In this document: one piece after another, positions 53,093-64,000 of the stretch
Numbering within the stretch: position 1 is the stretch's first letter
Layout of the letters: the number at the start of each line of letters is the position of its first letter
The notes under the pieces: generated by a model
Databases searched by the model: none
What the model was told of the DNA's origin: nothing
What the model saw: the letters and a program-made list of their open reading frames with translations, nothing else
NCBI GenBank assembly: GCA_951406725.2
Contig: OX597832.1
Span: 57,350,001-57,414,000, forward strand
Source: Octopus vulgaris
Taxonomy: Eukaryota
Reading direction: 5' to 3'
DNA length: 64,000 bases
Translations under genes and position numbers: made by a program

Positions 53093-53780
53093 CGAGGGGC
53101 TTCTTTCAGTTTCCGTCTACCAAATCCACTCACAAGGCTTTGGTCGGCCCGAGGCTATAGTAGAAGACACTTGCCCAAGTGTCTTGGGACTGAACCCGGA
53201 ACCATGTGGTTCGTAAGCAAGCTACTTACCATACAGCCACTCCTACACCTTTATTTGCTTTTTTTTTGTATGTTCTGTAACACTTTGTATTTGTGGAAGT
53301 GATGATGGGTAGATTTAAGTAAGAAATCCTTTGAGTTTTAATACTTACAGCATAAACAATGGTAAAAAGTCTTCCTGGCTAGAGAGTATGGAATGTTATA
53401 TTTTGTATGTTCTGGTAACATGATTTAAATTTCTGGCACATGATTTAAAGACTTCTGTTTCCTCCTAATATATATCCATTGTGATGCTGCAGTTATTTTT
53501 AATTGTCATTAATTAAAAAAATGGTAATTTTGTGGTGCTCATATCCTTTGTAATTTTCAGGTTCTTGTCACTGATGTTTTAGTTGCTACAGATTTTGTTC
53601 ATATTAGAAAACTGTCAAGAAATCTACTATTAGTCTTCTATATGTCTTCTAAAATTAATGTTATTACTTCTGTTTTTTGGTATAGTTTTTGTTCCAATGA
53701 TTCCATTACTGAATTTGCATATACTGGAGTCGACTTGGTTCCCATGATTGTACCTCTACTTTATAGATAGGTTTTCACAA
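52230..53780 (-). mobile_element. Penelope-like element remnant (RT plus GIY-YIG endonuclease), interrupted by a SINE A at 52847-53250
   Basis: Minus strand near 53690-53770 reads RGTIMGTKSTPVYANSVMESLEQKL (PLE GxxMG..P.YAN motif); 52339-52527 reads SKSRNLIYSIKCPNCEDMYTGQTGNLL (GIY-YIG with CxxC). Confidence 0.82.
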
Positions 53781-54574
53781 TTCAGGATGCAAGATTTTTC
53801 TGAACTGAATAATCAGATCAAATAGCACCATTCACTTCTGTAACTCCTCATTTCACACTTAAAAGTTACACTCTGGATTTTGATAGTAACTAATCTACTA
53901 AGTAGATTAACCCTAAGAAATCAGATATAGATTTTAGTACATATGCGTATGTGCATATGTGAAATTTTATATGTACAATGTGTATACATATGCATATTTA
54001 TCTGTATATAAAAATAGACATTTTTCTGCATTAGTATGGTTATACAGGTGTTTAAATGTGCATAGATTTCATAAAAGCTATATATGATGATGATGATGTA
54101 TATATTTGAATTTGCAAGTAGATCCAAACACATGCATTATGCTGGAGTATATATAGAGATTGGATTGTATATGTATGTAGGTATCTGTCTAAATATAATC
54201 ATGTGTGCATGTCTGCAAACACGAACTAGTATGCATGTATGCATGGTTCTTTATATATGTATGTGTAATATGTGTGCATTTAGATATATACATTTAAGTT
54301 TGAGCATGTATGTGTGCATTTAGATATATACATTTAAGTTTGAGCATGTATGTGTGTACATATATGTGTGCATTTGTCTATATGTATGCACACACACACA
54401 CATATATCTGTCTGTCTGTCTCTCTGTTTGTCTGTCTGTCTATATATATATACATACGCACACTCACACTCAATTTATATATATACACACACACTCTCTC
54501 TCTCTCTCTCACACACACACATATATATACACACACATATACATTTATATATATTTATACACACACATATTTAC

Positions 54575-54610
<36 letters not shown>

Positions 54611-55011
54611 TTATATACATAAGTGCACATGTATATATGTATACATATATACATATATACATACATGCACATGCACACATACACATGCACACATACACAT
54701 ATACACACTTAGATAGAAATGAATATGTGGATGCATGTGTGTATTTGGGCCTATAGAATATTCCTTGCACAAACATACATGTGCACACGCTACATGAGCA
54801 CTTGCACATGTTTAAAAGATACATTTGCTGATACACCACTCATGTGATTAGATCTATTTATGCATTTTCCAATTTATTATAATCTATTATTATTATTGAT
54901 TTTGTTAGGTCTATATATTCTGCATATCATTTCATTTGGTTTTCCATTTATTCATTCATTTGTATATGTGTATATTATTTAAGTACATGTGTGTGTTTGT
55001 TTGTATGTGTA

Positions 55012-55042
<31 letters not shown>

Positions 55043-55126
55043 ATTTAAATGTTGAAATACGATTGAAAAGCAGTCTTAGGTATATGCGTTCACTTAATAT
55101 GAAGTTGTCATTGGTTTATTCGACTT

Positions 55127-55517
55127 TTTTTTTTACTTGTTTCAGTCATTTGACTGCGGCCATGCTGGAGCACCGCCTTTAGTCGAGCAAATCGACCCGG
55201 GGAATTATTCTTTGTAAGCCCAGTACTTATTCTATCGGTCTCTTTTGCCGAACCGCTAAGTGACGGGGACATAAACACACCAGCATCGGTTGTCAAGCAA
55301 TGCTAGGGAGACAAACACAGACACACAAACACATACATACACACATATATATATATATCGATATACGACAGGCTTCTTTCAGTTTCCATCTACCAAATCC
55401 ACTCACAAGGCATTGGTCGGCCCGGGGCTATAGCAGAAGACACTTGCCCAAGATGCCACGCAGTGGAACTGAACCCAGAACCATGTGGTTGGTTAGCAAG
55501 CTACTTACCACACAGCT
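55127..55517 (-). mobile_element. SINE family A flanked by a 39-bp direct repeat
   Basis: gttcacttaa(t/c)atgaagttgtcattg(g/c)tttattcgactt at 55088-55126 and 55518-55556. Confidence 0.88.
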
Positions 55518-55656
55518 GTTCACTTAACATGAAGTTGTCATTGCTTTATTCGACTTATGACTGTTATGTTATGAAATTCGTTCTGAATGTTTCAACCGTG
55601 TCTTTTACCTTTTATTATTCATTTGCTTCAAAGGCGGTGAGCTGGCAGAATCGTTA

Positions 55657-55775
55657 GCTTGTGGCCATATCACTTTGAAAACACCGGTCCTTGTCTGATC
55701 ATCGAAATTAAGCAACATCGAGCCTAGTGAGTACTTAGATGGGTGACCGCTTGGGAAACCTAGGTGCTGTAAGCA
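55657..55775 (+). pseudogene. Retroposed 5S rRNA pseudogene
   Basis: gcttgtggccatatcac..gatcatcgaaattaagca..agtacttagatgggtgaccgcttgggaaacctaggtgctgtaagc is a full-length 5S with A/C boxes and many CpG transitions; followed by an A-rich tail instead of an oligo-T terminator. Confidence 0.88.
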
Positions 55776-55792
55776 TAAAAAAAAGAAAAAAT

Positions 55793-56000
55793 GGTGGTGA
55801 GCTGGCAGAAACGTTAGCACACCAGGGGAAATGCTTAGCGGTATTTCGTCTGTCTTTACGTTCTGAGTTCAAATTCCACCGAGGTCGACTTTACCTTTCA
55901 TCCTTTCGGGGTCGATAAAATAAGTACTAGTGAAACATTGGGGTTGATGTAATTAATTAGTCCTCCTCTTCCCAAATTTCATGCCCTGTGCCTTTAGTAA
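55793..56000 (+). mobile_element. SINE family B copy (target of the 5S insertion)
   Basis: Family B head and body; the first 24 nt are duplicated at 55633-55656. Confidence 0.85.
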
Positions 56001-56206
56001 ATGGGAATACTATTATTATTATTATTATTGTTGTTGTTGTTGTTGTTATGCTTTTGCTAGATCAGCAATGTAATTGTGATTACAGGCGTTTGTTGGAACC
56101 TTGACTCTTTTCTTTCTTAATGACATCAGAAATGATCAATGCTGCTGTGATACTTATGCATGCTAATGTGTATATATACATACATACACACATACATATC
56201 TATCTA

Positions 56207-56245
<39 letters not shown>

Positions 56246-56486
56246 GTATGTGTATGTATATATGTATGTATATACATATATACACATATATAGATATGTA
56301 CATTTTTACATCTACATACATGTATATATATATTATACACACACACAGATATATATATATATACATGCATATATATATATATGAACATGTAGTATTTGTG
56401 CATGCTAATGTGGATATATATATATATATATATATATACATACACACATAACATATACATATGAATATATATGTATATGGATAAAT

Positions 56487-56518
<32 letters not shown>

Positions 56519-57220
56519 GAACATGTAACATTTGTGTATGCTAATGTGGATATGTATGTGTGTGTGTGTGTGGTGTGTAATATTTATACATATTAATGTG
56601 GACCGGTGATCAAGATGGATAACGGTTGCTGGGTGAAAGATTGTCTTGAGATGGCGATGGGATGATGACAAAGTGAGAAAGTGAGTTTGGTCATATTGGC
56701 ACAGATATGGCTGTAGTTGGATGCTTGCTTCCCAACCGTGTGGATCTGGGTTCAGTCCTATTCTGTGAGACATGGGGCTAGTGTTTTCTACTATAACCCC
56801 GTGCTACCCAAAGCTTTGTGAGTGGATTTGGCAGATGAAAACTAAAAGGTTCATGACTGCAGTGCAACACTTTGATCAAGTTTCTCTTCAGCTGCTGCCA
56901 TAAATCAGCTAAAGTCTTTGTCTGAAATGGGTTGGAGTGGAAACTGTACAGAAGAGCCTCAGAAGGACTGTAACTGTTCTTGGTTTAGAAATTTTGTCTG
57001 TCGCATGGTTTAATCATCTTTTGTTATCAACCTAGTTGAAATCATTCTCCTTTCTGTGGGTGTAAACTTTGTATTTCAAAGCGATCTATGGTGGAAACAT
57101 TTCATGAAAATTGTATGTTGATTTATGCTCCAAACACCAACATGGAATACAGACACTAAATGAGGATGATGATGATAATAATAATAATAACAATATATAC
57201 AGTATATATATATATATATA

Positions 57221-57530
57221 TGGAGGCGCAATGACCCAGTGGTTAGGGCAGCGGACTCCTTGTTGGAGGATCGCAGTTTTGATTCCCAGACTGGGCCTTG
57301 TGTGTGTTTATTGAGTGAAAACACCCAAAGCTCCATAAGGCTCCGGCAGAGAGTGGTGGCAACCCCTGTTTTACTCTTTTGCCCCAACTTTCTGTCTTTC
57401 TTCCTGTTTCTTGAGTAACGTTGTGATGGACTGGCGTCCCGTCCAGCTGGGGGAACTCACATGCCATAGAAACCAGGAAACCAGGCTCATGAGCCTGGCT
57501 AGGCTTGAAAAGGGTGCATAATAAAAAATA
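57221..57530 (+). mobile_element. SINE family C copy
   Basis: tRNA-like head ggaggcgcaatgacccagtggttagggcagcggactc; A-rich tail. Confidence 0.75.
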
Positions 57531-57569
57531 AATATATATATATATATATATATCAGGTAGAATTATTTG

Positions 57570-57690
57570 AAATTATGGAAAGATTTTCTCATTTTTAGGA
57601 GGCATCTATAGAGATGATGGGTTGTTAGTTATGCGCAATATGAAGGGTCATGAATTAAATTTAGAAAAGCCCTCATAACACTCATAAAAC
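57570..57690 (+). mobile_element. Short Penelope-like RT fragment
   Basis: Translates GGIYRDDGLLVMRN, the YRDDG catalytic motif found in some PLE RTs. Confidence 0.5.
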
Positions 57691-60000
57691 TATCTAATAA
57701 AATATGTTTACATAATACAGTGGGTTCGTAATCTTTTTATATTTAATTTTTTTCTGAACACTATCCATAATTTAGCTATGAATGAATTTTGCTCTTACTA
57801 AAATCCTAATGAGAGGCTCTTTTTTCTCCCTCCTTCCTTGAGTTTTTATCTCTTCTGGTGTTGTAAAGTAGTTACTTGGAGTATTAATTTATGAAGCATT
57901 ATGTAAATTATATATTATAATATATTATAACTATTTATATGAATATTCACATTTGCACATTCACACATGCACACAGGAAATCTTGTCAATACAAGTGTGT
58001 GCACAAATGTTCAATTTATGTACATAGGATCTGTGTGTGTGTCTATATGTGTGTGTGTTGTAACAATGTATTGCATATTAAAAACAAAACAAGGTATGTA
58101 TGTATATATATATATATGTGTGTGTGGGGTGGTGGTGGTGGTGGGAGGTAAATTTTGTTTACTTTCTTTTAAATATGGCAAGAAAAAAAATATTAAATAA
58201 ATACGTAGAAATGAAATATTCTTGAGGAATTAAACAGTAGAGTCTAATGTGGCTTTCTCCTTCAACTTCAAAGTGGGAACTTCAAAGATGGTACTGTAGT
58301 TCATTGGTTTCTTTTAAAATCTCTCTCATGTGTGTGTGTGTGTGTGTGTGTGTGAGTGTGGAGAAACTGCATGGTTCCCACATGTTATGTTTCTTTTTCT
58401 GGATAGCTCTTGGCAAAGTTTGCTGTTTACCATTTCTTCTTTACTTTTCTTCCATTCCTTCATCTCTCTCTCGTCTTTCACTACTGCTCTCTCTCTAGCT
58501 CCCCCTCCTCCTGCACCACTCTTTCTTCTCCTCCCACTCTCTCTTAACCTCATATTACGTGCTGTTTTCTCTATTCATTTACCTCTCACTATCTCTCTCT
58601 CTCTCACTCTCAACACCTCTCTTTCTGTCTCTGTCTGTCTGTCTGTCTGTCTGTCCGTTTGTCTCTCTCTCTCTTATTTACTTTTGTTTCTTTGCTCTTC
58701 TTTTCCACCCATTAATATTCCAAAGTGAAAATTTTTTCCCTCTGTTTTGCTGCTTCTTGTGGAAAAATTATTAATGTCGTTATAATAAACTTCATGCGTG
58801 CGTGTGTGTGGCTGTGCATAAGAATGTGCATGTTTGATTATGTCTATGTGTCTGCATATGCATGTATGCATGTATGTGTATGTGGGTGTGTGTATGAACA
58901 TATATGAATATATATGAGTGTGTATGTGTGTGTGAATGCCTTTTAAGTATATATGCATTTGCATGTATAAGTGCATATGTATGTATATAAATACATACAT
59001 GTACATAAATACACACACACAAACATATATACACATACATGTATATATATATATATATATACATACACACATATATATATATATATATATCTATATATAT
59101 ATATACATGCATACATATATATAGATATACATACATACATGTACATAAATACGCACATACATACATATATATATATATATATCTATATCTATATATATAT
59201 ATATATATACACGCATACGTATATATAGATATACATACATACATGTACATAAATACGCACATACATACATATATGTATATATATATATATATATAAACAT
59301 ACATGAACACACACACACACATATATAATTTACACGTGCACATGCTTGTACATATATACTATTTCATTAAAATGCATGTATATGCATATGTATGTGAAAT
59401 ATATATATATATAAATGTATGTATGTAGTTGTATATTAGTGTTAGTTTAACCATACATATTTATGCGTGTTATATACACACTTTCTCATACCTCTACAAC
59501 TTAATTACTATTATTTTTTTTTAATTTATTCATTAGGATTACTAAGAATTACCCTTGTTCATGTCTTAATATGGTTTCTTCCATTCAATTTTCTTCAATT
59601 TTTAAGGGTTTGAAAAATATTTTCATTAGCTGTCTTAAGTACATGCTTCTTCGATTTTTAATTTCTGTTTTATTTTGCTTTTAAAACCAGAAATATTTCC
59701 TCATGTACATTTATTAACATTTGCCTCTAAACTGAAATCACTGTAATTCCATTTTTTTTTTTCTTTTAAAAAGCTTTCTTTTTGTTTTAAAATTTGTTAA
59801 AATCATTATCTCCCCTGTTATTAATTATATTTTCAATTATTGTATTTATAATATATGTTTTGCTGTAGAAACCATGCCATATCAGTCTGGAATCTCCTGC
59901 AGCCCCTCAGCTTACCAGCCCTGATTAAACCGTCCAACCCATGCCAGCATGGACAATGGATACTAAATGATGATGGTGATGATGATAAATGACTCTTTAA

Positions 60001-60231
60001 GGTGGCGAGCTGGCAGAACCATTAGCATGCTGGGCGAAATGCGTAGCAGTATTTCGTCTGCCGTTACGTTCTGAGTTCAAATTCCGCTGAGGTCGACTTT
60101 GCCTTTCATGCTTTCGGAGTTGATAAATTAAGTACCAGTTACGCTCTGGGGTCGATGTAATTGACTTAATCCGTTTGTCTGCCCTTGTTTGTCCCCTCTG
60201 TGTTTAGCCCCTTGTGGGTAGTAAAGAAACA
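60001..60231 (+). mobile_element. SINE family B with 18-bp TSD
   Basis: gataaatgactctttaag occurs on both sides. Confidence 0.88.
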
Positions 60232-62465
60232 GATAAATGACTCTTTAAGCCATGTGAAATCACAGTTGTGGCTGTTGCCAGTGTCATGTGAATGGCACCT
60301 GTGCCAGTGCCACATAAAAGGCACCCATTATACTCTTGGAATGGTTGGTTTCAGGAAAGGCATCAAGCCATACAGACCTTGCCAAATCAGACCAGAACAT
60401 GGTGCAGCCCCTCGGCTTACCAGCCCTGGCCAAACCATCGAACCCATGCCAGCATGGACAACGGATGTTAAATGATGAGGATGATGATGATAATGATGAT
60501 GGTGGCTTTACCGTTTTTGCTCCCATGTATTTTTTGTGTGCTCACCACTTTGGGAATAAATGATGATAGAATATACTGAAGTTAAAAAAAAGGGGAACTG
60601 TAATCATTTGCAGATATTTTCTATATCGATCGGTTATTGGTTTGATTGATTGATTATGTAAAATACAGGGACGAAAAAGTATTTCTACTGAAATATAGTT
60701 GATGACAATGTTGGCAAGCAAACACAGGAGCACACACACACACTTGGACGTATATCATTTACATATATATATATGTGTGATTTTTAGAGATGGAATTATT
60801 AAAGGGTTTTTTTTTTCTAATCTAAAGTGTTTTTTCTTTCCTTTTGTAGCTAGATTGCAATGGTTTTTCGTTTAAAACTATTATTATTATTATTGAGTGA
60901 GAGAGCAGTGCATACCATCAAAGTGACACTGAGGTATAAATATGCAAAGCCCAATATACACATCATGACTACCCGTCAGATAAGGGTACACTAGGCACAT
61001 GCATCACAACCATATGTGCAGGACATGGTGATCTCATATCAAGATAAACAGTGCATGACCTTGCAAGGTGGGGCCCTAGTTAGAATTTTCTTCTGGTTGA
61101 GTAGCCCATCCTGCTCAAAAGGTCCCTGAATAAGGATTGCTTAAGGATGTTGAAGGAACCACCCATGTTTCCAAAGGTGAATTATCCAAACCTCCAAGAA
61201 TTTCTTTCAACACACGGCTATGATGCTCCCCCACTACTTCTGCTCGTGATCAGAGATGCACATATCGTCTGCCACTAAGGGACGTGCTCAACTGGTTAAG
61301 GTCAGACAACTGACAAGAAAATCTGTGGTATTGAGCAGAATATTTGCTGTAGCCCATTATTATTATTATTATTATTATCATTGAGTGAGAGAACAGTGCA
61401 TGCCATTAAAGTGACACTGGGGTACAAATATATGAAGCCCAATATACCTGTCATGACTATCTGTCTAATAAAAGTACACCAGGCACATATTGCCTCCTCC
61501 TCCTCCTCCTCCTCCCACCACCACACTGAGTAAAATGCTTAGTGGCATTTCATCTGCCTTTATATTTCTGAGTTCAAATTCTGGTGAGGTTGACTTTGCC
61601 TTTCAACCCTTTCAGCGTTAATAAAAAAAGGTACCAGTTAAACACTGGGGGAATCGATGTAATCAACTTATACCCCTCCCCCGAAATTGCTGGCCTTACG
61701 CCAAAATTTGAAACCAATATTATCATTATCATTACAGTTCAGTTTTTATGATATTCGGGTGTGTGTATAAATATGTTCTCGTACATATGCATTTATACAC
61801 ACACATATATAAATATGTATATCTGCACATATATATGTACACATACACACACACATGCAAACACACACACACAACAGAAAGACAAAAAAAAAAACCTAGC
61901 TGGAAATTAATTAAATATAGCCTAGTGACACCTGGTGGTAAAAGTAATATTGGAACTAGGTTCTTTTATATTTCCTGCTATGAGAATGGTATTATGATTC
62001 CAGTATTTGTTTCCTATGGACTTGAGTATGCATGTGTGCATGTAGACACACACATACACACACACATATATAAATATAAATATATATACCCACACATACA
62101 CACACACACAGACACACACACATCTAAATATACATACACATACACACATACATATATATACACATATACACACACACATACACACATGTATATATAAAAT
62201 ATATATATATACCCACACTTACACACACATCTATATATACATACACATACACACACATACATATATATATACACATATATACACACATGCATATACAGAT
62301 ACATACATACACACATATATACATATATACACACACATGTATATTTAAAAAAAAATATATATATATATCTATATATATATATATAGATAGATGTACACAC
62401 ATACACAGACACGCACATATAAACACACATACACACACATACATATAAACATGTACACACACACG

Positions 62466-62513
<48 letters not shown>

Positions 62514-63430
62514 TAGATAGATTGATAGATGTACACACACACACACACACACATACACACACACATGTATGTGTTTAAAGAGAAGGTGCAGGATGTGGTT
62601 GTGTCTATGTATGTGCAGTGACAAACACAGCTCACACCTTCAGTGTTTGTCATTCCACATGTAGTGACAGAAAGAACTATGGGTACTACTACTACTGCTA
62701 CTACTGCTACTACTACTACTGCTACTACTGCTGCTGCCGCTGCTTTTGCTAATGCCATGTATATTAATCCATTTGCATCTGGTTAAAAGACTAATTACTC
62801 TAATGGCCACTATCTTCTGATTTTTAGTTCCTTGAGGTTTTCAGTTTTTGTGGTTCTCTCTTTGCGTTTCATGTCATTTTTTTTTTTTCTTTCCATGGTT
62901 TTTGTAGCTCAAAGAAACATGTTGCTTCATTGTCTTTTGAAGTTCTGCCGGGGACACTTTCACTGCTGTTGTTTTTTTTTTCTTTCTTTTTCGTGTTTTT
63001 TTTATTCCTTAATTCCAGCAAAAAAAAAAAAAAAACCCACCGTAATATCAACCCTTCTTCATTCCATTCCTTGCTTATGTGTGTGTTTTTGTTGTTGTTG
63101 CTATTGCTGTTGCTGTTGTTGTTGTCGTTGATGTTGTGGTTATCTGCAGGTGGGCAGGTTCATTAGATGGCAGCTGCGGTATTTGAAACAGCTTTCTTTT
63201 AGTTTGCAACTGTAGATAGGTGTGATATGGAGGGTTGGTTGGGTGGGGTGGGGGTGGGGTGGGGGGGTGGGGGTGCAGGTTATGCACTCTGGCTGTCAAG
63301 TTGGTCGGTGGGTTGGTCGGTTGTGCTCGCTGTGTGTGGCTGGCAGTGAGCTGAATGCCTCATGTTCTGTGTTTCTTTCAGATCTCTTTAGCTGCAACCG
63401 ATACTTATCAGTATTGGGGGTTTGTATGTA

Positions 63431-63464
<34 letters not shown>

Positions 63465-64000
63465 TGTGTGTGTGCTTGTATATGTGCATGTATGCATATG
63501 TGTGTGTGTTTGTATATATTTATATATATATGTGTGTGTGTGTGTATGAATATGCGTGTGTGTGTATGTATTTGTGTGCTTGTTTATGTGTGTGTGTGTG
63601 TGTTTGTATGCATATGTGTGTTTGTGTGATTGCTTGTATATGTGTATGTGTGTTTGTATGCATATGTGTGTGTGCTTGTGTGTGTGCTTGTTTATGTGTA
63701 TATGTGTTTGTATGCATATGTGTGGGTGTTTGTATATATTATTTATATATGTATGAATATATGTGTTTGTGTACGTGTATGTGTGTTTGTATGCATATGT
63801 GTGTGTGTTTGTGTATGTGTGCTTGTTTATGTATATGTGTGTTTGTATGTATATGCGTGTGTGTTTGTATATTTATATATGTATGTATATTGTGTGTATG
63901 CTTGTATATGTGTATGTGTTTGTATATATATATATATGTATGTATATACTTAGATATGTGTGTGTATGTGTTTGTAATATACATGCATGCACACACACAC

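Noticed and set aside
55657-55775. Functional 5S rRNA gene
   Set aside because: Many helix-disrupting transitions, an A tail with no oligo-T terminator, and a TSD indicate a retrocopy.
57598-57690. Candidate host exon after ttttag
   Set aside because: The peptide does not resemble IFT80 and has an RT-type YRDDG motif; no clear donor site.

Overview
AT-rich, microsatellite-saturated animal DNA, most likely an octopus (coleoid cephalopod) genome; this is inferred from the repeat landscape, not proven. The only host coding sequence I can support is one 138-nt, phase-0 exon (21633-21770, +) encoding a WD40 segment of IFT80, so the window is probably almost all intron. The rest is transposon debris: a near-intact 5'-truncated RTE LINE with one frameshift, a CR1-like LINE 3' fragment, Penelope-like RT and GIY-YIG fragments, a DD37D (maT-type) mariner remnant, TTAA-flanked MITEs in tandem, Helentron/HINE-like elements, three tRNA-derived SINE families, a retroposed 5S rRNA copy, and long (TA/TG/CA)n and (CAT/CAC)n tracts. 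Nearly all long ORFs in the track are microsatellite artefacts. The most anomalous signal is a ~300-nt block (22091-22390, ~61% GC, ~40 CpG) that replaces the body of a SINE 320 nt downstream of the exon and shows bacteria-like codon periodicity; it may be foreign, contaminant or artefactual. Several decayed hammerhead-ribozyme motifs and fold-back elements, probably Penelope pseudo-LTR relics, are also visible. Repeat coordinates are read by eye and approximate.
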